Positions 43,645-62,392 of a stretch of DNA of 64,000 nt are shown here, piece by piece. Each line of letters starts with the position of its first letter. Position 1 is the stretch's first letter. The notes under the pieces were generated by a model that saw only the letters and a program-made list of their open reading frames with translations, had not been told where the DNA came from and made no database searches. The translations under genes and the position numbers were made by a program. This DNA is from the human T2T-CHM13v2.0 reference genome, Homo sapiens. The stretch is taken from assembly GCF_009914755.1 (NCBI RefSeq), contig NC_060935.1. The stretch is one strand, 5' to 3'.

Positions 43645-43937
43645 TGTTTTTGTTTGTTTGTTTTGCTTTCTTTTGTTTTTGAGACAGGATCTTGCTCTGT
43701 TGCCCACACTAGAGTGCAGTGGCGCGATCATGGATCAAGTGATCCTCCTGCCTCAGCCTCCCAAGTAGCTGGGATTACAGACACAAGCCACTGTGCCCAG
43801 CTAATTTTTTAAATTTTTTTTGTAGAGACAGGGTCTCACTATGTTACCCAGGGCTTGTCCTGAACTCCTGGCCTCAATCAGTCCTTCCACTCAGCCTTCC
43901 AAAGTGCTGGGATTACAGGCATGAGCCACCACGCCAA
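43645..43937 (-). mobile_element. AluJ with small internal deletion
   Basis: Reverse Alu starting ~100 nt after the AluYd8. Confidence 0.9.
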
Positions 43938-45116
43938 GACGTTGCATGTTTTTTAAATGGACCTCTGGGTAAAAATTGGTCTTTAATAATGCAGGCTGTC
44001 TATGTGTAAAGCTGGACTGTAAACTCCAGGTAATCTGTTGTAGTTACTGTTTTGCTTCTAATGGAAAACACATTACTGAATGAAAAGATCACAAGATTAT
44101 CTGCAAACTTCTACTCTTTGACGAAGCCCTTCTGTTTGGTACATAAAGTAACAGCCCAGGCATCACCAATCCCCATGTGATGAGACAGCGTTTCCCCCTG
44201 AATAAGGGAAACCCATTCAAAAGCATTTACACCCAGCCCTAAATTGACAACAAAAGTCATGCCTCATCTAGGGAGTAGACACGCCACAAGATATGCTACT
44301 ACCAAACACTACTGCAGTATTTTATATTCTATTATTGTTAACATTGATAACAGCTGGCACTTATTCAGTGCTTTTTATGTCCTGGGTACTCTTCTACATG
44401 TATTTGCTCATTTAATCCTCATAACTCTATGATGTAAGTACTCATATTATTATCCCTAACTTGCAGAAGAGGAAGCTGAGACAGAGATATCATCCTAAAA
44501 TCACACAGCTAGTTAGTCTCAGGAACAGGATTCAAACCTAGATCCATCTGACCCCAAAGCCTAGTTCTTTCTGCAACAGGATGCTGCTACCCCCTGCCTT
44601 GTAATTGACATTGTCTCTCTGTCATGAGGGCTAGAGGCTCAGTTGAATGAGTCCCCAGGCCCTTTGAACTACAGTGTTCTAGAATCTCCCTGCTCCGGAA
44701 GCAACACACCCACACTGATGGAGCCAGACACTGACTTCAGATTACACAAGCGCTGCTCCTCACCGTGCCCTCCAGCCCAGGATTCTTTCAGGACCTGAAG
44801 TCACACTTTAGCTGCATCACTCTCACAATTCAGTCATCATTCATCCCTGTAACTAAGTACCAGGCATAGGGAATATAAACAGGAGCACAGATGAGCAAGC
44901 AAAATCCCCAATATCATTGTCACCACAATAGTTGTAAATAAGTGGATATATGGATAAGATTCAAACTGGAAAAATAGATAAGCAAGATGAAAAAATGAAT
45001 TTTAAAAAGATACAGGAAAAGAAATCTAGTATGAAAAGCTTAAAAAGAAAAACAAAAACCACTGTAAGCAATGTGAATTTGGCAACATTTAAACCATTCT
45101 TTAAAAGTGGCCTTTA

Positions 45117-45266
45117 CCAGGCGTGGTGGCTCACGCCTGTAACCCTAGCACTTTGGGAGGCTGAGGATCATTTGAGCCCAGGAGTTCAAGTTTGCAGTGA
45201 CTCATGATCACACTGCTGCATTCCACCCTGAGCAACAGAGTGGGACTCTGTCGATAAATAAATGAA
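45117..45266 (+). mobile_element. FRAM-type Alu monomer
   Basis: Monomer flanked by AAGTGGCCTT repeats. Confidence 0.8.
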
Positions 45267-45764
45267 TAAGTGGCCTTAAAAAAGCCTGTATTCACTGTTG
45301 CACACCTGTGCATTTTTCCTCTTTCCCTTTGGGGCTCAATATAACAGATAAAGTCAGAGGCCAGGTCTTCTCCCCAACTTTCTGACACACCTCCAAACCC
45401 TAGTCCCCTAAAATATTTTGGTGACTTGTCCTTATTCAAAAACTGTGTGTCTCAGGCAGGTCCTTTGGGCCTTGACTTGGTCTGTAAATGGAGGGGCTGG
45501 GTAAACAGGCAACAAGGCCCCTTCCCACAACAGCAAGTGTGGTTATGCTTCCATATCAAAGAGGCAGCATAGGCGATGAAGTAAGAGGGCCTGGATCTGT
45601 TAGAGAGCACTGTGTGGTTTCCTCATCCATAAAATGGGGATGATATTAGAATCTATACCAGTGAGTTACGTGAGAGGCAAATAAGATAATATATGGAAAG
45701 GTACTCCTTTTAAAAATATATAAATGGTTTTTCCCACCATTCTGACAAAAGTCATATATATTGA

Positions 45765-46239
<475 letters not shown>

Positions 46240-46679
46240 TAATTTAAAAAAAAAACAGCATCATAGAATTATATAAATTTTTTTCTATAGAATGGTATTT
46301 TCCCAAAACCCAAAATCAGAACTCATGGTCTGCAAATAGAACCGATTACCAGAGACCCTCAAAATTTATTCAACATTTGTTCATATGACCCTAGATACTC
46401 AGTAAGTGGGGGATGTAGAGGATAGCTTCACAGTAACATAACTTTGAGAAATATTAAATACTATCACCCAATCTTGGAGGTTTAAAATGTTCTGAAAATT
46501 CCCATAATGAAGGCCAGTTAACTTCATTTAACACAGGATTTACCAAACATGATTTTAGCTGAGAATTCTTTTCTCATATAAAACACCTTTTATATATGCC
46601 TTGCTACTAGGGCTCCATGAAACATTAGTGTAGTAAACACTATTATATTTTATAGCATTTGAAATAAGAGCTGCCCAGG

Positions 46680-46875
46680 TAGGGTTGCCAGATATAGTTT
46701 TTTAAAAATAAATAATAAGAAATCCAGGTCATATCACCCTGACCATGTCAAATTTCAGTTTCAGATGGTCAGATGTCAACAAATACACTTTAATATAAAT
46801 TTGTTCCAAATATTGCATGAGACATATTTTAAAGTTTGTTGTTTACCTGAAATTCAAAATGAACTGGACATCCCA
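46680..46875. mobile_element. MER53 hAT-type DNA transposon relic
   Basis: TAGGGTTGCCAGAT terminus; CCAAATATTGCATGAGACATA core; TTGTTTACCTGAAATTCAAA...AACTGGACATCC arm. Confidence 0.7.
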
Positions 46876-48004
46876 TCTGAGTACTCAGGTCACAGTAGAA
46901 ATAGAGGCCCTAGGCATAACACCATGCTTGCCCAGAAGCTGTGGAGGGCGATGGGCAGGGCATGAGAAACAAGATATCCCTGATAAATCCAAAACAACCA
47001 GAGGAATAAAAAAGGGCAAGTAAAACTTCAAGAAGGCATCATAGGGGTTCTTTAGAATCTGGGTCAGACTCTGGAGGGTGGGTTCAGACTGGCACGGGGG
47101 CTCAGCAGGTGAATCTCACCCTCTTTGATGATCCCAGAGCACTGTGGACCTTCCTCCAAGTATATCCCCACATGTGTGTCAGGCCCATGGAAGGAGCCAT
47201 GCTTTATGTGTCTCTCACCCCCTACTATCCTTAAGGACAAAGACTGTACCTCAACAAGACACCTGTCTCTGCTTGTCCCACTGCTGTGTTCAGTAAGTGT
47301 ACACTGAATTGAAAGCCTTTCATCCATCTTTCCGCCTAACAAGGTTCTGTCCCTGGAAGCTCATTATTGCTTAATTACTAGGAGGCAATTACTAACCATT
47401 ACTATAATCAACTGCTACAAGCTCACTTGCTTTACATCAGCTGCTAATTTCATGTTATTGCAAGTTAATTATTCTCCTTGGCCACAAATGTCAAACACCC
47501 ACCTGTGCTGTGGCTGCTCCTTATTCACCAGACTGTAAACTCCAGCATTTTTACATTGCCCTTTATAGTTTACAAAATTCTTTCACAGACATTATCTAAT
47601 CTGGACCTCCCAACAACCTCAAGAGAAAGCTCTAATCATTCATTCTGCAAGTGAGGAAACTGAGGGTTTAGGTAATGAAGTGACTTACTTACTCTGACAC
47701 ACTGGTGAGTCACAAGGTGGCCTCTGTATCCTGGCTACCTAGAATTTCTCCTCTGCCAGAACACACTATGTGTCCCCAGGTTCCTGGCCATTTGGACCAT
47801 GATTTGAACACACTGTGTGCTAGGAACGGTGCTAAATGTTTTCCACATGTAATCTTATTTAATCTTTTCAGTAGGCCATCAAATGGGTATTAATATTCCC
47901 ATTATACAGATAAGAAAACTGAGGTTCAGAGAGATTAATTAGTTCAAAAATCAAACAGCTAATGAGTAAAAGTGCCTGGATTCAAAACCCAGGTCTTTGT
48001 GGAA

Positions 48005-49010
48005 AAAAATTAAGTTGGAGGTCTGTCTCACTCCTTATACTAAAATAAATTCTGGATGGATTCAAAGTTTGGATCTAAAAAACTGAAGGCATAAAAGTAC
48101 TAGAAGAAAACATTATATATATACATATATATAAAACCTTAAAGTAGAGAAGGCTTTCTAAGAATTACTCAAAATCAAGGCTATAAAGTAAAAAGGCTGA
48201 GAAATTTCACTAAATGTTTCAAAAATTCTGTATGGCAAAACAATAAAAATGAAGAACTGACTGCAATATATATTATTAAGGTCTAATTGATTACATGCAT
48301 AAAAAGTTCCTACAAAATGAATAAGAAAAATTCAATAACCGACTAGAAAAAATAGGCTAAGGACATGAGCAGATAATTCACAAGAAAGGAATAAAAATAG
48401 CACTTACATTTTTTTTTTTAAAAAACTGATCAATCTTACAAAAGTAAATTCAAACTATAGTAAATTTATACTTATAAATTATAATTTTAACTATATGTAG
48501 TTATAATAAGAGGCCATTCATCTCAGATTGGCCAAGTTTATCCTGTACTGGTGACACTATGGAGAAATGGGGCACTTGTATACTACTGGTGGGAGGTAAA
48601 TCAATGCAACCTCTATGGAGAGCACTATTGATTTAAAGCTAAAAACGCTATTACAAACCCTCTGACCCAGCAATTGCACTTCTAGGAATCTATCACATTT
48701 ATACTCACAAAGGCACATGTAGTAGGATATTTATTACAACAGTATTTGGAATAGCAATTATAAAAACAACCTAAAAGTCCATTAGCAGAAAATGGTTATA
48801 TAGATTAAGGTAGCCATACAACAATGGACCACCACACAGCCTGCTATGGATATCTGCAAGATGTATTAAATGAAAGAAGCAAGGCAAAGAATGGTGTGTT
48901 TACAGTATGAAGAAAGGGCGGGGGCATATGATTCTATATCTGTATAGGCACAAGATATTTTTGGAATGACACAAAAGAAACTGGCAACAGTAGTTGCCCC
49001 TGGGGAGGCT
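48005..49010 (+). mobile_element. L1ME ORF2-3' fragment
   Basis: Decayed motifs (TAAAATAAATTCTGGATGGAT, ATAAAAGTACTAGAAGAAAA, GACCCAGCAATTGCACTTCTAGGAAT). Confidence 0.7.
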
Positions 49011-51537
49011 ATAATATTTAGCTCTTTCTAGGAAAGAAGATAACCTCCAACTCTTAAATTATACTCTGCCTTTTTATTCAGTCTATAGTAGTGCTTCAAA
49101 AGCAAGACAGTTTTCCTAATACAGGGAGAGAGGCCCTGTTTAAAAAAAAATCTATTTGGGGTACTCTGTTTCAATCTTTGTGTCTTTCTCTTTGCCCAGC
49201 TGCACCCCTTCATGGGACAGGGACCCCAGGAAGGAATGTCCCACCCAGACTCTGGAGTTGCTTTTCCAGTTCATTGTGTGTATCACTGCTTTCTCTAAAC
49301 CATGTCTCAGCACAGTGAGTCTCTACAAGGAGGATTCATTCTTTCAGACCAACTTCCCTCAAAACCAAGTATCCACAGTATGGCAGCCAAAACCAATGGA
49401 TCAAACAATAGCTTGCTTGTGTCATGAATAAAAACAAAACTCTCACACATTCTTACAGCTTAGAAATTACTCTCACTTCACTCTGACACAGAACATTTCT
49501 GAGGAAGCAGAAGGAGCTCATCTTTTTCTCCCCATTTTACAGAAATGAGATTTGAAACCAAGATAGTGACTTGCCTCAGGCCACGCAGCATGTAAGCAAC
49601 AGAGCCAGAAGAGCAAACACAGGTCCCCTGACTCCAAATCAGAGCTGCTGCCAGGACAAATAAGATCTGCACATATAAATCTCCATTGGGCAAGGCCACA
49701 GACAAAACTGTCAGGGGTGGCTGGCATGAACACATGCCATGGATTGGGGGTGGAGTTAGGAGGAAGGAGCTCAGAAGCAGCCCTTAGAATACTTTTCAAG
49801 ATATGCAAAAAGTAAAAATGAAAATGAAAAATAAAGCAGGCCTGAGACCTCCATAATACTATTTTCAAAAATCAAGACAATCAAATATTTTATTTTATTC
49901 TTCATATATTATGTTTGATATTTTCCTAATTCCTAGAAATACAAAACGGATTTGGGATTCCAAACATGAGAATGATTCCACAAAGCAGCATTTCATCAGC
50001 ATTAACCCAAGCAAACACCTGAATTATCTTCTGGTGCTCTTTCTGCCATAGTGAGAAGCTGGCCATGGGGAGCATCCCTACACTAAGCACAGATTTGGTT
50101 TTCCACATATAGGTGAGAAGAGAAGGGAAGAGGCCACCGCTTAGGACCCACTCAGTTAACTCCCCAGGCGGGGCTAATTTGTTTCGTACCACAGCACCTG
50201 GGAGCAGGTGCTTGACAAAGAGGCTCAGATGTGCCTGGAAATACTCCTGCTTTGTTTCCTGGGGGAAGAAAAAGGATACCCTTCCCACTCATCGACCCCC
50301 TTCCAAGTTGGAGACTTCTGTCTGCAAAACATGTTTGTTAAACTGCCCTAAAAAAGGCACTTGCAGACCCAACTTGCTGTTTCTGTCTTCTGCACAAGCA
50401 GGTGGGGCTCCCTCTGTTGTCCTCCTCCAACAATAAACAATACCACTGCAAAGAGCTCTGGGCTTTGCCCCATTGCCTTCCCCCTTGTATTCTCTAAATC
50501 AGGGACCGTGTCTAATCTTTCCTCTGCAGAAGCTTCCCTGCGCCTGCTTGGCTGGACCGGAAGAACCTTCTTATCAGCTTATTCAGTCTCCTCCCACCGG
50601 GCTGAACACACAAAGCAGCCTGGCCAGGGAGCCAGAGGTCAGGGCCACGGCTCAGAACTGGGCTCAAGTCTTTCCCCTGATGGTCCTCTGCCCCGGAGAT
50701 CAGAGGCCTACCAGGAACAGAGATGTCTTCTCCCTGTTGGAAGACTGTCACACTAGGCTGGACCCCTCCTTCAGCTGTTCAGATTCCCTCCTCACTGGAA
50801 GCAGGAGAAAAAGTGAGAGGGAAGCAAGTGTCCACATGCTCAGCAACCTGAATAGATGAAGACAAAAAAAGAACTCTCCCAAGTTTGTGACAGGTCCTGT
50901 GTCAAGCAAAAGAATGACTACTTGTCTAGAGCTTTACACACACCAGGCCATTATTGCATCCTTGAATCAACCCCATTGGGCAGAATTTCTTACATACTGT
51001 TACTATCAATGTTTTTACATCTATAGAGCACTTTTAGTTTCCTAAGTGTTTTCCAGTGCATTATCCTGGCAAATTCCTGTATCATGGCAAATTCTTATGC
51101 AGAAGATAGGGTACAAATTTTCCCTCAGCAGGGATGGACGCACACACATGCACACACACTCACACAGCATACCATAACCTATCTGTCACCAAGGCCTGCT
51201 TGAATACACCCCTGCTTAACCCCTGTCCCCACTGCACCAACATGGCTCAGGGACTAGTCAGCTCTCCCCCACCCAGCCTACTGTGGACTTCTAACCAGGC
51301 TCCCTGCAGCCAGTCTACGAAGTGTTTTCCCAAAAGTGCCAACTAATTATCAGCCTTGAGGATGCAGTTCAACTCCTTAGGTAGGATGGTGTAACAAGGC
51401 TCTTCATAATCTGGCCCAAATTCACCTCTCTTCAATTCCCATATACGTTAGACTCCATCACATAACAATGAACCCTGAGCTCCTTAAAGTTGAATTCAAC
51501 AAGTATTTATTAAAGAAATGGCCAAAAAGCGGGAAAC

Positions 51538-51827
51538 CTTTTTTTTTTTTTTGAGCAGAGTTTCTCATCACCCAGGCTGAAGTACAATGGTGAGATCCCA
51601 GCTCACTGCAACCTCCACACCCCAGGTTCAAGCAATTCTGTCTCAGCCTCCCAAGTAGCTGGGATTACAGGCACCCGCCACCATGCCTGGCTAATTTTCA
51701 TATTTTTAGTAGAGACTGGGTTTCACCATGTTCGCCAGGCTGTTCTCAAACTTCTGACCTCAGGCAATCCGCCCGCCTCGGCCTCCCAAAGTGCTGGAAT
51801 TACAGGCGTGAGCCACCGCGCCCGGCC
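51538..51827 (-). mobile_element. AluS (Sp-like)
   Basis: Dimeric reverse Alu. Confidence 0.9.
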
Positions 51828-52244
51828 AAAAACGGGGAAATTTTTAAGCCAAAATAAGTAGTCTCTTTCAAAGAGTTCCAGATTTCAAAAAGTCTATGAA
51901 ATCAAGAATTCTGTAACCATGCTGCAGGGTACAGTTTGAGAGCTGGGTGGAAGATGTGGATGTGTAAAATTTAGCAACAGATGGAACCTGAGGGAAATCC
52001 TAAAGAAAATATAAATTCTGGGATTTTAATCCCAGGAACAACATGCCCAGGGAGCCAAAAACACCAAAAATAAATAAAATAAAATAAAATAAAATAAAAA
52101 CAAATAACAAAAGACCAGAGAGGTCCAAACTTATTTCAAGATAAACAGATAAATAAATGGCCACTGGTGTTAACCTACTGAAGGCAGGAATGGCATCCAA
52201 ACATTAACAGGTGAAGTAGAAAGAGGCACAACTTTCCTCAATAG

Positions 52245-52930
<686 letters not shown>

Positions 52931-55521
52931 ACTTAGAAGGAAATAAATTTTTAAAATTCTTACCTCTGGGTGGTGAGATTATGAATAGCTTATTTCCTTT
53001 TTTTCATATTTATATCTTTTCCAATGCACATTATTAAAATATCTTAGGGGCTCAATAGTGGGGAGGGAAACATGGGACAGGTACACATATATGAAGCCAG
53101 TGACCATCCACATTCAATGGGCTCTTCCAGAAGGCAGGGTCTTACTTGGCACATACCAAAAGCCATAAAAGAATCCAAACCTTTCATGCAGTTAGCTCAC
53201 TGCTGAGAATTCACTTTAGGGAAATAACTGAACGAACCCAAAATGCCAAATGAACAAAAATACTCATTACCTCTTATCTAAAACAGTAAAGAACTAGAAA
53301 CAATCAAAATGTCCAAAGGAAAGTTCCATATAGAACATCAACACCATGGGATGCAAGGCAGCCATTAGAAATGCCAATTATGAAAACTGTGTAGAAAAAT
53401 GAAATAATGTTGACAATAGGCTGTAAAATGAAAAGAATTTGCAAAGCTGCATTTGTCAGGACTGCAGCTATGAAAAATACACATGTATATCAACAAGGGC
53501 ATTTCAAAAGTAAAAATGTGTTATGCTAGAATTATGAGATTACAGAGACCTTTTATTTTTGAAGTTTGTTATTTTTTAAAAAACAAGTTGTTAACATTTT
53601 GTATGTACCATAGACACATTTTCAGAACTTTGGAAACACAGAAAAGGGAAAAATAAAATTGCCAATACAAATGCAATCACTGTCAACATTTTGATGTGTT
53701 TCTCCTAGTTTCTTTTTCCCATGTACTGGCTGGTTTGGTTTTGTTTTGATCGTTGTTGTAATCGCATCAACATTTCTTTAAAGCAGTTACAAAATCATTT
53801 CAATTTTGAGAAACCAGAGAACTTAATATAAATCTTGTACTATAACATAATGGTGGCTATCAAGAGACCCCACATAATGTCAGTTTGTAAGTAAAAAAGA
53901 GAATATTGTACCACTATGACAAAATAAATGGACCAATCAAGGTTCCTAACACCTGTAGATGACTCTTAGGTCTATTTCAGTAGCCATAAGCCAAGAACAT
54001 GGCGAGTACTGTGTATTAAAGCTGGAAGACTGAATAATGTAGTTGGAATTAGAAAGGCATTTAACAGACTGAAAACAAGAAGATACAATGATGTACTAAG
54101 TTTTCAGATCAGAAGAAAGTTGAAGGAAACCAATTCAATTGGTCATTAGGTCCAGAATATTTAACTTTCTTTACATTTCTCATACCCTTACTCTCCTGGC
54201 CTCCTGCCCTGCCCTTCACCAAGGCCAGACTCTGGTAGCTGGGCAGCAGCTGCTGTGTTCTGCTTGTTTTCCCTGCCTTCTTCCTGCCTCCCCACTTGCA
54301 GGCTGTCCTTCTTCCATTCTGCTGCCAAATGCAATGCAGACCATCACAGGCCTAATGTGCACCCATATCACTATGGACTTCTCTAGAGAGAGAAACAAGG
54401 GCAGGGAAAAACACTATCTAAGCAACGCACAGGCTTGGATATGCACTAAATGAGGGGAGGCTGAGTCTGTTGTCACCACTGAGGGGCTCAGTTTCTGCAG
54501 GAGTGTGATACTTTTGTGCTTTTCAAACAAAAGAGTCCCTCAACACAAACTGATGATTCATCTATTATATGCATGTCTTCCAAAGACTCTGTCCTCTGTT
54601 CTAAGGATAGAGGAAAAAAGCTGCTGTGTTGGACTGCCTAAGATGTGGTACGCCACCACTAGCATAGCAAACCTCACTCAGAGGCAAGAAGAAATGGAAC
54701 TTGGCATTTTTTGCCTCCAATGCTTTTAGAAATGAACACTTGTACAAGATGCAATGCGACTCCACTGCAGCCTCTCCAAAGAACTAATCTAATCATGTCA
54801 TTCCCACACTTAAAACTCTTCCAGGGCTCTGGCTGCCCCCACAAAGTTGTCTGTAAGAAGTAGTACAGTGCCCTGGTTAAGAGGGCAAACTTTGGAGCCA
54901 CACTGCCTGAGTCTGAATCCTCAGACTGCTCTTTCTGAATGCTCTGAATGCTCTTTATGAGTTGGGTGACCCTGGGCAAGTTCCTTGTCCTCTTGGTGCC
55001 TACATTTATTTATTTATTATTATTTTTAAGAACAAATTCAATACCTATCCTATGTGTATTTATTTACAAATAGGGATAATAACAGTACTTACCCCATAGG
55101 ACCGTTGTGCAGATTAAAGGAATTAATACAATAAAGTACAAAGAAGAGGGCCTGGCAAAGAGGAAGTGCTCAGTAAATGTTAGGTGCTGCTACTGTTATT
55201 GTTATTGTTGGGCGAAAGTTCAAATTCTCCAGCAGGGCATGCAGAGCCCTCCACAGCCCAGCACCTCGTATCTTTCAGGCTTTGCTTCTCATGACCTGTT
55301 ACCACTATGACTACCGCTATGATCACGCAGTCTTGCCAAGTTCCCAGAGCATGGGCCCCTAGACAGGTTCATCCCTTCACACCTTTACTCACAGGGCTCA
55401 TCTCTCTTTATTGGGTGGTAAACAACCAATTATCTCTCAAACCATACCCCCACCCTCCCTGTGAATTGGTCACTCTCTACTTTGTGCCTCCTCTATGTTC
55501 TGCAGAGTTTCTCCATAGACA

Positions 55522-55846
55522 CTTTTTTTTAAAATTTATTTTCATTTTTATTTTTATTATTTTGAGACAGAGTCTCACTCTGTTCCCCAGGCTGGAGTGC
55601 AATGGTGTGATTTCGGGTCACTGCAACCTCCGCCTCCTGGGTTCAATAAATTCTCCTGCCTCAGCTTCCCTAGTAGTTGGAATTATAGGCATGCACTACC
55701 ATGCCTGGCTAATTTTTGTATTTTTAGTAGAGACAGGGGTTTCACCACGTTGGCCAGGCTGGTCTCAAACTCCTGACCTCAAGTGATTCACCTGCCTCGG
55801 CCTCCCAAAGTGCTGGGATTACAGGCATAAGCCACTGCGCCTGGCC
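55522..55846 (-). mobile_element. AluS inside L2
   Basis: Dimeric Alu with AGACACTTTT on both flanks. Confidence 0.9.
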
Positions 55847-56439
55847 AGACACTTTATTATTCTTGTTGGTTTATGTATCCTGTTTCCTCCACTAGGCCTT
55901 AAGGACAGAGGCTCCTGCAAATTCCTATCTGTATTCTCATCGCCTGACATTTCAGTAGACTAAATATTAAATAAATGCAAAAGAAAAACTGATCAGTACA
56001 CACAAAAGCTGAGAGTGCTTTTCAGAGAAACTAAACACTATGATGAGGAAATCAAACCCCAAAGCAATTTGATCTTAAGGAGAGTTAATTGGCAAAGATC
56101 ATATAACCAAAGAGAAGAAAACTATAATTTCCCAAGAGAAAGTCAAACCTTGCTACAATGCAGTGTCTCTGTGTGCGTTGGAGGACCCAAAGTGCAGGTC
56201 AATTAAATATAAAATACTGCAGGAGATCCAGACTGCAAGAAATAAAGAAAGAGAACTAACCTTTATTGCATGTCTACAATAAGCCAGATACTTAGAAAAT
56301 AATAGTTTCTATAAAAACAATGTGCTAGACACAGACCTATCCACTTTACCTGCATTATCAAATTAAATAATGCAAGTCCTCAACAACTCTGAGACATAAG
56401 TGTTGGCCTCTCCATTTTACAGGTGAGAAAAACATTCAC

Positions 56440-58990
<2,551 letters not shown>

Positions 58991-59514
58991 CAGAGACATG
59001 GGGCCTAATTACAAATTACAAAGATCTATAAGACTTAATCTTAAAAAGTTAAAAATGTGCCCAAGGCTAACAAATAACATTGGTAGGCAGTGAAGCCAGG
59101 ACACTAATCCAGGTGTTTTGACTTGCAAGTGCATTCTCTTTCTACACAATTGACCGTAATATATACAACAGCATTTGCAAAAGGTCCCAACTCCAGGCTC
59201 TGAAAATAATCAGAACAGAGTCGGAAGGAAGCTTCAGAGAACTTGGGAGCACCAATGCAAACACACACCCCCTTCTCACTTCAATGTAAGCAACCTCTGT
59301 TCCTCACACAGACTTCTATTATTGCATTTTCACTCAAATGTCATTTATGTGTGCACATCTGGCTGGGGTCCTACTAGCTGCAGGACCCTCAATGGTTGCC
59401 CTTTCATGTTCAGAAAGAGTTGGAGGGGAGGATGGGGACATGGAAAAATCACAGTGCAATGTAAGTGGAAAAACTTGAGGGGCTAAACTCTTCAGTGACT
59501 TAATAAGGTATAGA

Positions 59515-59811
59515 AGCTGGGCACGGTGGCTCACACCTGTAATCCTAGCACTCTGGGAGGCTGAGTTGGGCAGATTACTTCAGCCTAGGAGTTCGAGAAC
59601 AGCCTGAGTAACATGGCAAAACTAAGTTCCCACAAAAAATACAAAAATTAGCTGGGCATGTTGGCGTGCTCCTGTAGTCCCAGCTACTAGAGGGTGAAGT
59701 GGGAATATCATTTGAGCCTGGGAAGTAGAGGGTGCAGTGAGCCGTGATAGTTCCAGTGCACTCCAGCCTGGGCAACAGGAGTGAGACCCTGTATCAAAAT
59801 AATAATAATAA
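59515..59811 (+). mobile_element. AluJ
   Basis: Dimeric Alu with (AAT)n tail. Confidence 0.9.
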
Positions 59812-59823
59812 TGTAGCAAAGAG

Positions 59824-61462
<1,639 letters not shown>

Positions 61463-61467
61463 TGTAA

Positions 61468-61783
<316 letters not shown>

Positions 61784-62392
61784 AAAAGGTTTTTTTTAAA
61801 AAATAACAACTATGTATTTATGTTCAGCAAAAGTGAAGATGGAAATTAAGGTACAGGTCATTTTGTTTCTTTCCCTTTTGCCTGGCTATCTCAGGAAGCA
61901 AGTGGCTAGGAAGTGGCCTCTTGTCACCTGTTTTCTATGCCTACCCTGTTTTACCATGTGGCAACACAAACCCCCACTCCCCTGCCCCGTCTTTCTCTCA
62001 CCTAGCTTCCCATTAACTGTTCCAGTTTGCTTCTTCCTTCAGGGCAGCAGACATGCCATCTCCCCCACGAAGTCCTCCCTCATCTCTCCATCTCTGAACC
62101 TTTAGAACACTAAGTTACTAGTACACACAAATTTAGCTCTTGATCATATTTGGTCTTATAATCATTCTCTGATTCAAATATCAGAGTGGGAGCAAGAGTA
62201 CTTTTTTTCAGTACGAAATTCAATACAATTGTTGGCTATTGTTACCACGAGAGGTAGCTTAATGGAATGATTCAGATAGATTTGGGTTAAAATTATGGCT
62301 CTGTTCCATCTCTTACAGGCCGAATGACTTTGGGCAAGTCATTCCCTGAGACTCAGTTCCCCTAACTAGAAAATGTGAATAATACTGCCTAC

